A stretch of DNA of 64,000 nucleotides from an uncultured delta proteobacterium (GCA_963771465.1 CAVYTU010000012.1:160001-224000); one strand, 5' to 3'; numbered from the stretch's first letter, positions 20,189 through 29,593 are shown. Notes: generated from the letters alone by a model not told the origin. Translations and numbers: made by a program.

Positions 20189-20358
20189 AATAATGCCATC
20201 AGGTTGACGAGCAATGCCAACACGGCAAAGTCCGCGGAGGTGTTGATGCATGACGGCAAAGACGGCGGTAAAACGATAAGCTGAAAAAAGGGCGAGAATG
20301 AGCCGCAAAGAACGCAGAATACCCAAAAATGAATTGGGTGAATGAACAGGAGGAAGTT

Positions 20359-21366
20359 ATGGCGAAAAAAATTCGTGAGTTCATGACGCATCGGGAGCCG
20401 TCGGAGCATATTTGGATGGAGCGCGACGAGAGCGCGGTGATCGGCACGGCGCGCATGGGGCAAAGGATGGTGCCGCATATCCGGCCATTCGATCTGCTGC
20501 GCAGCACGCCGCTCAATGGCAACCGCGCGCGGGCGACGGTCTTTGAGGGCGATGCTTTACGCGTTAGCACCGAACATATTGCTGGCCGCGAGGCGCAACT
20601 TACCCGCGCGGCGGATTATGACATTGTTTACTTGCAATTCTGCGGTCGGTCGAAGATCGAAAGCGAAAGCGGCGTCGTCGAAGTCGAACCCGGTGAGATT
20701 GTGCTGGTGCCCTCAGCTATTTCGCATCGCACCACGGGCACGGATCAATGCTTGCGCGTGCGGGTGGCGACGCAGGAAGCTGTCTCCGAAGGCGTCGATC
20801 CGGAGAAGCCGACGACGCAGAACAAGTTCAGCGTCCAACTTTCGGAGCCGATCGAGGCGCCGAATGGCCACGCTGAGTCTGCCAGCGACGGACCCGTGCT
20901 TGAGCATATTAGTTTCTGGGACCCGCAGTCCGATCTCTGGGTCGAGCGCGATGTGGCGGCGCTGATCGGTTGCAAGCGCGAAGGCGGCCGGCCGGTGCGC
21001 AAGCTGAGCGCGTTCAATTATTTCACCGGCATGACCGGCAAGGGCGGCGCGCGCGCGCCGGTGCTCTACAACGGCAAGGAGTTCCGCGTCGACGTTTACA
21101 ATCTCGAAGAGGAACAGAACGGCTTTCATCGCGGCTGCGACGAGGACGAAATCTGGTTTCAGTTCCGCGGCCATTCGCTGAACCACACCGAGTGGGGCGC
21201 GATGGAACTCGACGCCGGGCAGATGTCCTACATCCCGCGCGGGGTGGCGCACCGCATCACCGGCAGCCCGGGATTTCTCCGCATGGTGCTCTATAGCCGC
21301 AAGCTGGTTCATCCCAAGGCGTTCAATAACGTCTCGGAGCGCGCGACCCGCTTCGACGTACAGTAG
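20359..21366 (+). CDS. Bicupin protein (possible dioxygenase)
   Basis: Two cupin repeats: EPGEIVLVPSAISHR and FHRGCDEDEIWFQFRG...YIPRGVAHR; AGGAGG SD. Confidence 0.65.
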   Translation: MAKKIREFMTHREPSEHIWMERDESAVIGTARMGQRMVPHIRPFDLLRSTPLNGNRARATVFEGDALRVSTEHIAGREAQLTRAADYDIVYLQFCGRSKIESESGVVEVEPGEIVLVPSAISHRTTGTDQCLRVRVATQEAVSEGVDPEKPTTQNKFSVQLSEPIEAPNGHAESASDGPVLEHISFWDPQSDLWVERDVAALIGCKREGGRPVRKLSAFNYFTGMTGKGGARAPVLYNGKEFRVDVYNLEEEQNGFHRGCDEDEIWFQFRGHSLNHTEWGAMELDAGQMSYIPRGVAHRITGSPGFLRMVLYSRKLVHPKAFNNVSERATRFDVQ

Positions 21367-21437
21367 AGATTCTCGGGTAAAAATTGTTTCACTAGATGGG
21401 CAAAATCCCACGATGAGCGCGCGGCAATGGAGGCGGA

Positions 21438-22550
21438 ATGATTGGCGGTAAGCCTAAGGTTAGCGATCTTGTCATCGGCGCGCGCAATATGATCGAGGCG
21501 GCCGATGTGCGGCCGGGGGATTCCGTGCTGTTGCTCGCTGACCGGTCGAGCGACAGCGATTCCATTGATGCGCTGGCTTCGGCGTTGCGTTTACATGGCG
21601 CCACGCCGATGGAGTTTATCGTCGAGCCGATTCTGCGCTACGGCGACGTGCCGGAAGCAGCGCTGCGCGCCATGGAGGCGGTCGATGTCGTCGTGTGGGT
21701 TTGGCCGGTGTTTCTCAACGGCTCGACCAACTATCGCGAGCGGCTGCGCACGCCGAAGGAAGGGGACGTCGGCGCGCCGACGGAGCGGGTGAAGCCGTAC
21801 AAGATTTATTTTGAAGGCTGGCCCGGCCTGCTGGCGACTGATTACGCGCGCTTTCCCAACGAGTTGTTGTGGACGATCGCGCGCAAAGTGAAAGCGATTG
21901 TCGCTGCCGGGTCTAAAGTCACGATTACCGGATCCAACGGATCCAAGCTCGTCGCGGATTACGACAATAAAAAAATCTACGCGATGCAGACTAAACCGGG
22001 CGAACCGGCGGGACGATGTCATTTTCCCTGGGGCCGCTGCGGCGTTTACAACGGCTCCGGCACGGCCAACGGCACGGTGCAGCTTGACTGCGCCCAGGGC
22101 GTGCCGGGCATGCTCAGTGAGCCGATGGTTTGGACAATTAAAGACGCCAAAGTCGTCGGCGTCGAAGGCGGCGGCGATATCGGCTTGGAGTGCAAGCGGC
22201 TTTTCAAAGCGACGCCCGGCAGCGACTTCTTCACCGAAGTGATGTTCGGATATCATCCGAAAGCGTCGACGCCGCGCGGCATCCAAGATCCGATGCACTG
22301 GGAAATACTCAGCCGCTATCCCTGGGTCGGTTTGGGCACATCGCGCAAGGAAATGACCTATCGCCACATCGACGGCGGCTGCATGGATTCGAATCTCGCG
22401 ATTGACGGACGAGTGCTGGTCGACTTCGGCGGCCGACTGACGATTCTCGACGATACCGATATTCGCACGGCGGCGGCGCGCTACGGCGATCCTGATTTTT
22501 TGCTGTCGACGTTGTCGCACGAAGGCACGGCGCTGGGCGGCTTGTGGTAG
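21438..22550 (+). CDS. M29 (aminopeptidase T)/NicX-like metalloprotein
   Basis: N-terminal ADVRPGDSVLLLAD, ANGTV.LD, V.GVEGG, EVMFGYHPKA, C-terminal HID. Confidence 0.55.
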   Translation: MIGGKPKVSDLVIGARNMIEAADVRPGDSVLLLADRSSDSDSIDALASALRLHGATPMEFIVEPILRYGDVPEAALRAMEAVDVVVWVWPVFLNGSTNYRERLRTPKEGDVGAPTERVKPYKIYFEGWPGLLATDYARFPNELLWTIARKVKAIVAAGSKVTITGSNGSKLVADYDNKKIYAMQTKPGEPAGRCHFPWGRCGVYNGSGTANGTVQLDCAQGVPGMLSEPMVWTIKDAKVVGVEGGGDIGLECKRLFKATPGSDFFTEVMFGYHPKASTPRGIQDPMHWEILSRYPWVGLGTSRKEMTYRHIDGGCMDSNLAIDGRVLVDFGGRLTILDDTDIRTAAARYGDPDFLLSTLSHEGTALGGLW

Positions 22551-22703
22551 TTTGATGGGATGGCCAAAGGGCACAAAATATCAGACTCGGATGCGGAAAA
22601 TTAGCCGCAAAGAACGCAAAAAAAGAATGACGTCGAGGTTCGTCTATTAGTTTTATTGGGCGTATTTGATCTTGTCGTGGCCCAACAGTGACGAAAAAAA
22701 GCC

Positions 22704-22730
22704 GGATCCTTCGCTTCGTTCAGGATGACA
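22704..22730. repeat. One arm of a REP-like palindromic element
   Basis: GGATCCTTCGCTTCGTTCAGGATGACA resembles the widespread TGTCATCCTGAGC..AGATCCTTCG..CAGGATGACA family; the partner arm is degenerate. Confidence 0.45.
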
Positions 22731-22773
22731 GCCACGACAGGTCGTGAGTTCGGGTTCGGTTATTGGAGAAAGC

Positions 22774-24228
22774 ATGGACACACTCCCCTATCACGACTTT
22801 CGCGGCTTTATCGAGGAAGCCAAGAAGGTTAGCGAGTGGCGCTTGATCGAAGGCGCGGACTGGAACAACGAGATCGGCGCGCTGATCGAGGCCACCGCTG
22901 AACTTGATTCCCGGCCGATGCTGCTGTTCGACAAGATCAAAGATTATCCCGCTGGCTTTCGTCTCGTCAGTCTCGCGTTCGCCAATTACAAACGCACCGC
23001 ATTGGCCTTCGGTATCTCGCCCGACAAAAGCAAACTCGAAGTTGTGCGCTTGCTGGCGCGCAAGATGAAATCCGGCAAGTCGATTGCACCGGCGCAGGTC
23101 AAAACGTCGCCGTTGATGGAAAACGTCATGCAAGGCGACAAGATCGACCTTTTCAAGTTTCCCGCGCCGCGTTTTCACGACGGCGATGGCGGGCGCTACA
23201 TCGGTACCGGCGATTGTCTGATCAATGCCGATCCTGACAGCGGCTTCATCAATGCCGGTACTTATCGTATCCAGCTGCATGAGAAAAATTTACTTGGCCT
23301 GTGGATGAGTCCGGGACAGCATGGCCGGTTGATCTGTGCGAAATATTGGCAGCAGGGAAAAAGCTGTCCGGTGGTGACAACTTTTAGCAGTGACCCGTTA
23401 CTGTTCACGCTGGCCCACACCAAACTAGCTTGGGGCAATTCGGAGCTCGATTACGCCGGCGGTCTGATGGGCCGACCGTTGGAAATTATTCGCGGCCCGC
23501 TCACCGGCCTGCCCATTCCTGCCGGCGCGGAGATCGCCATCGAAGGCGAGATTCCACCGCCGAGCGAAGAGGCGCGCGCCGAAGGGCCGTTTGGCGAATG
23601 GCCGGGCTACTATTCAGGCGGCACCATCGGTACCGGCGAAGCCCAGCCGGTGATCCGCGTCAAAGCGATCTATCATCGTAACGATCCGATCCTCGAAGAG
23701 GAAGCGCCGCTATGGACCGGCGCGATGAAGATCGACGGTAACCCGACCGCGGGAATTCTCTGGGACCAGTTGGAAGCCGCCGGGATTCAAAACGTCGTCG
23801 GCGTGTACAATCACTCGCCTTATATGACGGTGATCGCGATCCAACAAAAATTCGCCGGCCACGCCAAGCAAGCCGGCCTCGCCGCGGTGAGCTGCGCGGC
23901 GTCGGCGCGCAATGGTCGTTATGTTGTCGTTGTCGACGATGATATCGATCCGACCAACATGAAAGAAGTGCTCTGGGCGATGATGACGCGGGTCGATCCG
24001 CCGACCAATATCGACATCGTTGACGGCGCCTGGTCGACGCCGCTTGACCCGCGCATGCCGCCGGACAAACGCGCATCGCAGGATCACACGAATGGCCGGG
24101 CGATTTTCTATGCCGTGCGGCCGTTTCACTGGAAAGATAAGTTTCCCAAAGTGAGCCGGTCAAGCCGCGAGCTGCGCGAGCGCGTGATTCAGAAGTTCCG
24201 TAACATTATCCCGTTTCCTGGCGTGTAA
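22774..24228 (+). CDS. UbiD-family (prFMN-dependent) decarboxylase
   Basis: DGGRYIGT, NAGTYRIQ, AEIAIEG, EGPFGEWPGYY, VVVVDDDIDP, PLDP. Confidence 0.88.
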   Translation: MDTLPYHDFRGFIEEAKKVSEWRLIEGADWNNEIGALIEATAELDSRPMLLFDKIKDYPAGFRLVSLAFANYKRTALAFGISPDKSKLEVVRLLARKMKSGKSIAPAQVKTSPLMENVMQGDKIDLFKFPAPRFHDGDGGRYIGTGDCLINADPDSGFINAGTYRIQLHEKNLLGLWMSPGQHGRLICAKYWQQGKSCPVVTTFSSDPLLFTLAHTKLAWGNSELDYAGGLMGRPLEIIRGPLTGLPIPAGAEIAIEGEIPPPSEEARAEGPFGEWPGYYSGGTIGTGEAQPVIRVKAIYHRNDPILEEEAPLWTGAMKIDGNPTAGILWDQLEAAGIQNVVGVYNHSPYMTVIAIQQKFAGHAKQAGLAAVSCAASARNGRYVVVVDDDIDPTNMKEVLWAMMTRVDPPTNIDIVDGAWSTPLDPRMPPDKRASQDHTNGRAIFYAVRPFHWKDKFPKVSRSSRELRERVIQKFRNIIPFPGV

Positions 24229-24231
24229 ATC

Positions 24232-25350
24232 ATGGCAACTCGTATAATGAAAATCTACGCCGCGTTCCTGATCGTTGGCGCATTCCTGTCTCATTCGTTT
24301 CAATTGTTTGGCGCGCAGCCGGCAAGCGAGTGGGAAAAAACTCTCGCTGCCGCGAAGAAAGAGGGGATTGTCGTCGTCGGCATTCCCGCCAGCAGCGAGC
24401 TCCGAACTGCGATTGGCGAAAAGTTCAAAAACAAGTTTGGCATTTCCATCGAATTGCTTGCGGCCCGCGGGCCGGAAAACGTCACGCGCATCGTCACCGA
24501 GTTCAACGCCGGGGTACGCTACTACGACATTCTCGTCGCCGGTGGCGCTACGCCGCTTTCCATGGTCGCGGCGGGCGCCGCCGATGATTTCACGCCTTAC
24601 ATGATTTTGCCTGAAGTGAAGGATCCCAAAAACTGGTGGGGCGGCCATATTTGGGAAGATAACGTGAGCACCAAGAAACATATTTACGCCTTTCTCTGCT
24701 ACACGAGCGAAACGTGGTGGTACAACGCGAGCCAAGCCGAGCCTGGCGAGATCCGTTCCTATGACGATCTTTTGAATCCCAAATGGAAAGGGCGCATCGG
24801 TTTGCTCGATCCGCGCAATCCCGGCTCGGGGCAAAATACCTGGTCGTTTATCTGGAAAACCAAAGGCGAGGAATTTCTGACCAGGCTGGCGCAACAGGAT
24901 TTGCTGATCAACCAGAACTTGCGCCAGTTGGCCGACGGCTTGGCGAAGGGCAAGCTCGTCTTTACGCTTGGTTTGAGCCATTACACCTACGAGCCGTTCA
25001 TCAAAGCGGGACTGCCGGTGAAGCCGGTACCGCGCATCAAAGAAGGCGCCCACGCCAACAATGGCAGTGGCGTCATCACGGTAGTGAAAAATCCGCCCCA
25101 TCCAAACGCCGCGAAAATATTTGTCAACTGGCTGCTCTGCAAGGAAGGCCAGGAGCTTTACGGCAAAGCGATGACCCAGGGGACGCGCCGGCTCGACGTG
25201 GACACGGAGTGGTTGAAGGAGGCCGGCATTCAGGGATGCAAGGATGTGATGACGGTAGACGAGTATCTACGCTTGGAGACTCATCTTGAGTCGTCGGTAC
25301 GGAAAATCAGAACGCCGGCGATCGCGCTGGCGGCTAAGCTTTTGAAATAA
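24232..25350 (+). CDS. Fe(III)/polyamine-type ABC substrate-binding protein
   Basis: Signal peptide, WEKTLAAAKKEG, DLLNPKWKGRI, PHPNAAKIFVNWLL. Confidence 0.8.
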   Translation: MATRIMKIYAAFLIVGAFLSHSFQLFGAQPASEWEKTLAAAKKEGIVVVGIPASSELRTAIGEKFKNKFGISIELLAARGPENVTRIVTEFNAGVRYYDILVAGGATPLSMVAAGAADDFTPYMILPEVKDPKNWWGGHIWEDNVSTKKHIYAFLCYTSETWWYNASQAEPGEIRSYDDLLNPKWKGRIGLLDPRNPGSGQNTWSFIWKTKGEEFLTRLAQQDLLINQNLRQLADGLAKGKLVFTLGLSHYTYEPFIKAGLPVKPVPRIKEGAHANNGSGVITVVKNPPHPNAAKIFVNWLLCKEGQELYGKAMTQGTRRLDVDTEWLKEAGIQGCKDVMTVDEYLRLETHLESSVRKIRTPAIALAAKLLK

Positions 25351-25375
25351 CCATCGGGATAGTTAAAATAGCCGC

Positions 25376-26677
25376 ATGATCAGCAGCGAGGAAAATCAAT
25401 TATTGACCCAAACCGACCGCGGCACGCCGGCCGGCGAATTGCTGCGGCGCTACTGGCAGCCGGTGGCGTTGGCGAGCGAGTTGCCGGTCGGCGGCGCGCC
25501 GTTGGCGGTCAAGATTCTCGGTGAAGACTTAGCATTGTTCCGCGACGATCAGGGACGGATTGGCTTGCTCGGCATCCACTGTTCGCACCGCGGCACAGAT
25601 TTAAGTTACGGACGGGTCGAAGACGGCGGCCTGCGTTGTCTTTATCATGGCTGGCTTTACGATATTCATGGCCGCTGCTTAGAGCAGCCGGGAGAGCCCG
25701 GCTGCGGCGTGAATCGCGACGCGATCCGTCATCTCGCTTATCCATGCAGCGAGCACGGCGGCATTATTTTCACTTATATGGGACCGGGCGAGCCGCCGCT
25801 TCTGCCCAACTACGAATTTCTCAATCAGCCTCCCGGCCATTGCTGCGCCTACAAAGTTTACCACGAGTGCAACTTCTTGCAGGCCAACGAGGGCAACATC
25901 GATCCGGTGCATCTGTCGTTTTTACACCGATTTCTTGAGCACAAGGAAGAACGCTACACCGGCGTGCGCGGCAGCGCTGAGTCGCACTATAATTTAATCG
26001 CCAAGGCTCAGCCACCGCTTTTGGACGTGGAAATTACCGACTTCGGAGTGCGCATTTACTCAGTGCGCCAGATGGGTGAAGGCAAGATTTATCTGCGGGT
26101 GTCGAATTTCGTTTTGCCTAACTTGAGCACGTTTCCCGGCCAGACCGGCGGGCAGGGTTACGGCATCAACTGGCATGTGCCGATCGACGACACCCATCAC
26201 TGGAAGTATTGTTTCTTTTTCAACCGCGAGGCGCCTCTCGATCAGTCCGTCATCGACAAATCGCTGGCTGAGGTCGACGACCAGTATCGGCCAGTGCGCA
26301 ACGAGAACAATCGTTTTATGCAGGACCGCGGGTCGATGAGAACACAAACTTTCACGGGCATGGGCAGCGGCTTTCAGACCCACGATGCGTTCGCGACCGG
26401 AAGCCAAGGCGTGATTCAGGACCGCACGCAAGAAAATATCGTGTCATCCGATATCGCCATTATCGCCGCGCGCAAGCTCATGGAAAAAGCCATTCGCGAC
26501 ATTCAAGCCGGCGGTGAGCCGCCGCATGTCATCCGCCAGCCGGAGCAAAACAAATTAACTCACTTGCTGGTGATCTCGGATCTGGTCGAGGGTGTCAGTG
26601 ATTGGAAAAGGTATACAAAAAAGTTGGAAGCGGAAGCGTCAGGAAGGCAACAGGCAATAATTACGAACAAATATTAA
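25376..26677 (+). CDS. Rieske non-heme iron oxygenase alpha subunit (phthalate 4,5-dioxygenase/LigX-like)
   Basis: GTPAGELLRRYWQP, CSH...CLYHGW Rieske motif, EGNIDPVHLSFLH, HVPIDD. Confidence 0.88.
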   Translation: MISSEENQLLTQTDRGTPAGELLRRYWQPVALASELPVGGAPLAVKILGEDLALFRDDQGRIGLLGIHCSHRGTDLSYGRVEDGGLRCLYHGWLYDIHGRCLEQPGEPGCGVNRDAIRHLAYPCSEHGGIIFTYMGPGEPPLLPNYEFLNQPPGHCCAYKVYHECNFLQANEGNIDPVHLSFLHRFLEHKEERYTGVRGSAESHYNLIAKAQPPLLDVEITDFGVRIYSVRQMGEGKIYLRVSNFVLPNLSTFPGQTGGQGYGINWHVPIDDTHHWKYCFFFNREAPLDQSVIDKSLAEVDDQYRPVRNENNRFMQDRGSMRTQTFTGMGSGFQTHDAFATGSQGVIQDRTQENIVSSDIAIIAARKLMEKAIRDIQAGGEPPHVIRQPEQNKLTHLLVISDLVEGVSDWKRYTKKLEAEASGRQQAIITNKY

Positions 26678-26727
26678 TTCCGCATTCTTGCTATTGCCTA
26701 TTGCCCATTGCCTACTGTCAGTTGCCT
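26645..26727. repeat. AGGCAA/TTGCCT short-period inverted-repeat element
   Basis: AGGCAACAGGCAATA ... TATTGCCTATTGCCCATTGCCTA; related units at 3851-3878. Confidence 0.55.
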
Positions 26728-26732
26728 TCCTC

Positions 26733-27044
26733 TCAGGTTTTAAAATTCGGATATCCTGCTTTCGCTGCTTTAGCTTTGTAGTCCGCTACTAATTCTTCTC
26801 TCGGCATTTTGTGCACCCACACCGCTTCGGTAAAACTCCACAGCGTGAACGGATGGGCGCCCAACGCGTAGAGCTTGCCGTAGTCCTTGGTCGCCAGCGC
26901 TTCGCGCTCTTCCGGTTCGAGCTTTAGCTTTTGGGTGTTCTCCCACTTGTCGACGAACTCACGCGGGTGAGCCGTGTATTGCTCTTCAGCTTCTTGGTTC
27001 ATGTTGACCAGATGAATCAGTTTGTTCATGAGATATTTGCTCAT
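26733..27044 (-). CDS. LigA-like small subunit of a class III extradiol dioxygenase
   Basis: MSKYLMNKLI...LEPEEREALATKDYGKLYALGAHPFTL; GGAG SD before ATG 27044. Confidence 0.7.
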   Translation of the reverse strand: MSKYLMNKLIHLVNMNQEAEEQYTAHPREFVDKWENTQKLKLEPEEREALATKDYGKLYALGAHPFTLWSFTEAVWVHKMPREELVADYKAKAAKAGYPNFKT

Positions 27045-27055
27045 ATCAGCTCCAC

Positions 27056-27328
27056 TTAAGCTCGCACCAGCGTCCAAATTCCAATCGCGACAAAGCCAAT
27101 CCCGGCCACGTACTGCAATGTCTTTTCGCCGACATATTGTGAAATGACCGAGCCGGCGGCGACGCCGATGGCGGAGGTTAAGATCAGCGCCAGTGACGCG
27201 CCGAGGAAAACCGTGAGCTTGCTCGTTTCTTTGTCCGATGCGAACAGCATCGTGGCTAGCTGCGTCTTGTCGCCGAGCTCGGCGATGAAAACGGAAGTAA
27301 AAACGGTTGAGAGAATTTTGAAGTCCAT
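27056..27328 (-). CDS. GDT1/TMEM165 (UPF0016) single-domain cation transporter
   Basis: AELGDKTQ signature, three TM helices, 90 aa. Confidence 0.85.
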   Translation of the reverse strand: MDFKILSTVFTSVFIAELGDKTQLATMLFASDKETSKLTVFLGASLALILTSAIGVAAGSVISQYVGEKTLQYVAGIGFVAIGIWTLVRA

Positions 27329-27342
27329 AAATGATCTTTCGT

Positions 27343-28185
27343 TTACGCTTTATCCCAATTAAAAAACGGTATCGCCGGAAAGCCCGCGTCCAATCCTTCC
27401 GCATAGGAAGGCTTGGTTGAGTTCGCCACACCCATCATCATTAAGAAATTCAAATAGCCGCTGGTCATGTTCCCTGAGGCGATCATTTTTTCCGGGGTGC
27501 AGCCTTGGGCGGCGCCGTCGATGTCGCCGTTGGCGATCCAGCCGACGGCGGCGGCGTCGAAGTTGGGATCGGTGAGATGACGCTCGAACTGTTTCGGTCC
27601 GCCGACTTCGAGGGAAAGATGGCCGCTGACGAGCACGCCGACGCGTTTGTTAATCGGCAGGCTGTCGATGGCAGCGCGAATCGCTTTGCCGACCTCGAAA
27701 AATCTTCTCGGCCGCGGCATCGGCGGCGCGATGCAGTTGGTCAAGATCGGCACGATGGGAATGTCCATCTCGGGGCGGACGAAGATCATCGGCACGATGA
27801 TCGAGTGATCGATGGTCACTTCGTTCGAGTAGGCGAAGTCGACGCCACGGTCGAAGGCGCCTTCCATGATCGCGTCGGAGGTTTCGATATCGCCCGGCAG
27901 CTTGCAGGTCGGCAAGTCGAACTCACGAATCTCGTCGTAAAACGTGCCGTCGTAGCTATCCATCTTGCCGATCAAGAAGGCCGGCATGTTGTCCATGAAG
28001 AACTGATGCAAGTGATCGTTGCCGATGCAAATCAAGACATCTGGATTCGCCTCGGCGAGTTTCTGGCGCATCATCGCGATGCGTTCCTTGACCTTGGCCG
28101 CGCCGGGCGGTTGCTGCGGCTGCTTGAAGAGACGCGGCATAAATGGATTGTGAGTGATGCCGATGATCGAAACGATCTGGGCCAT
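27343..28185 (-). CDS. LigB-like class III extradiol ring-cleavage dioxygenase, catalytic subunit
   Basis: GITHNP, PDVLICIGNDH..QFFMDNMPAF, IDHSIIVP, IPIVPI. Confidence 0.8.
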   Translation of the reverse strand: MAQIVSIIGITHNPFMPRLFKQPQQPPGAAKVKERIAMMRQKLAEANPDVLICIGNDHLHQFFMDNMPAFLIGKMDSYDGTFYDEIREFDLPTCKLPGDIETSDAIMEGAFDRGVDFAYSNEVTIDHSIIVPMIFVRPEMDIPIVPILTNCIAPPMPRPRRFFEVGKAIRAAIDSLPINKRVGVLVSGHLSLEVGGPKQFERHLTDPNFDAAAVGWIANGDIDGAAQGCTPEKMIASGNMTSGYLNFLMMMGVANSTKPSYAEGLDAGFPAIPFFNWDKA

Positions 28186-28235
28186 GAGTTACCTCGCGGG
28201 GAATAGGTTTCGTCTTGGAAGCATTGTGGCGCTGT

Positions 28236-28474
28236 CTAGCCTGGATAGTGAAACTGCGATCGAGGTGCAACCCTTACGGAACGAAGGCAAAGCATTGTGC
28301 CCTGAAGACGCGAGCGGGCAAGTTGCTTATGAGATCAGCAGCGAAAAGGTCAAACATCGTGCCGAGCGCCGAGCACAGAACGAACCATTCAGGCTGGTGC
28401 CTTTCGCTCCTCCAGGGTCACACCTCGATAAGAGTGTCGTCAAGTTTACTCCGAGCGTGAATATTCCGGGCTAG
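28236..28474 (-). repeat. ~240-nt structured repeated element, copy B (candidate ncRNA or MITE)
   Basis: Homologous to 14552-14803; bounded by CTAGCCTGGA ... TCCGGGCTAG; the right-hand CTAG contains the stop codon of the SBP gene. Confidence 0.75.
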
Positions 28475-29448
28475 CGGCCTAGGGATTTGAAAAATCCGCC
28501 GCTCTCCAGCTCGTTGTACAAACTAGCGTCGATGAACTCCTCGGCCTTTCGTCCCTTCGCTTTTGGATCGGTTTCTGCCGCTTGAGCCAAGATCATCTCG
28601 ATGGCTTTGTGGGGCAGCCGCGGCGGCCTTTCTATAAAGTTCGTTGCGTATTCGAAGGACGACTCCAGCGTCTCCCGGTCTTCAGTGCGCGTCCATTTGC
28701 CGATGATCTTGATGGCCAGCTCTTTATCGCGGAACAATCGATCCACCGCCTCGCTGTACGCCATGAGGAAACGCTTTACGGTGTCTCGATCCTTGTTGAT
28801 CATGGAACGGGTCGAAACGAGGCTTGTGGTCGGGTAATCGATGCCTTCTTTAGCGAAATTGGCGAGCAAGGCGAAGCCGGCTTTCTTGGCCTTAAAGTCA
28901 CCGGGCGAAGACAGAATTCCTCCCTGGACAACCCCGGCCTGCATCCCGGCAAGAATTTCCGGCTGTCCGCCCATTTGAATAATTTTTACATCGCGATCGG
29001 GTTCCAAGCGCCATTTTTTTAACAACAAGCGCAAAGAGCCATCCGTCGAGGCGCCGAAGCGGGTAATTCCCAAAGCTTTGCCTTTGAGGTCTTCTTGCTT
29101 TTTGATCGACGGTTGGACGAAGAGATAAAAGGACGGGACGTTGACTACGCCGCCGATGGTGACGATGTCGCCGCCGGCAAGATTGGCATAGACGATATTA
29201 CCGCCGGCTAGAGCCACGGCAAATTCTCCCGCGATCATCGCCTGGGCGACGCGACTGCCGCCGGCGACGTAAACCGGGTCGACGTAAAGCCCGTGTTTGT
29301 CAAAAATCTTGGTGTCCTTGGCGAGGTAAAAAGCGGACTGCGTCGCGCTGATCGCGCTGTAAGCGACGGCGATGCGCTTGGTTTGCGCGCGCGCCGGCGC
29401 CAATCCGAGCAGGATGAATAGGACTGCTAGCAGGACATGTTTCTTCAT
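28471..29448 (-). CDS. NitT/TauT ABC substrate-binding protein
   Basis: Signal peptide, IFDKHGL, DLKGKALGITRFGAST, ELESGGFF. Confidence 0.82.
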   Translation of the reverse strand: MKKHVLLAVLFILLGLAPARAQTKRIAVAYSAISATQSAFYLAKDTKIFDKHGLYVDPVYVAGGSRVAQAMIAGEFAVALAGGNIVYANLAGGDIVTIGGVVNVPSFYLFVQPSIKKQEDLKGKALGITRFGASTDGSLRLLLKKWRLEPDRDVKIIQMGGQPEILAGMQAGVVQGGILSSPGDFKAKKAGFALLANFAKEGIDYPTTSLVSTRSMINKDRDTVKRFLMAYSEAVDRLFRDKELAIKIIGKWTRTEDRETLESSFEYATNFIERPPRLPHKAIEMILAQAAETDPKAKGRKAEEFIDASLYNELESGGFFKSLGR

Positions 29449-29593
29449 GTTCGGCTCCGATCGTATTCAGATAAGCTGGGTGTTTTTAGCATACTCAGGT
29501 CGGGCTCGCTACTGCGGTTATTGTGATTGACAACCTTTCACCCGGCGCATTATATGAACGCAGCTTTTTCAGGTTTCTTCACGGGAGATAGTC

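Noticed and set aside
19912-20570. Minus-strand ORFs of 188 and 123 aa
   Set aside because: No recognisable motif; they span a promoter region and run antisense to the cupin gene
21591-22574. Long antisense ORFs (also 24160..25101, 30272..31150, 51387..52313, 54938..55735)
   Set aside because: Shadow frames of well-supported genes, as expected in GC-rich DNA
26733-27431. Single 232-aa ORF
   Set aside because: Its 5' part overlaps the GDT1 and ligB-like genes in another frame; the real gene starts at 27044 with its own SD
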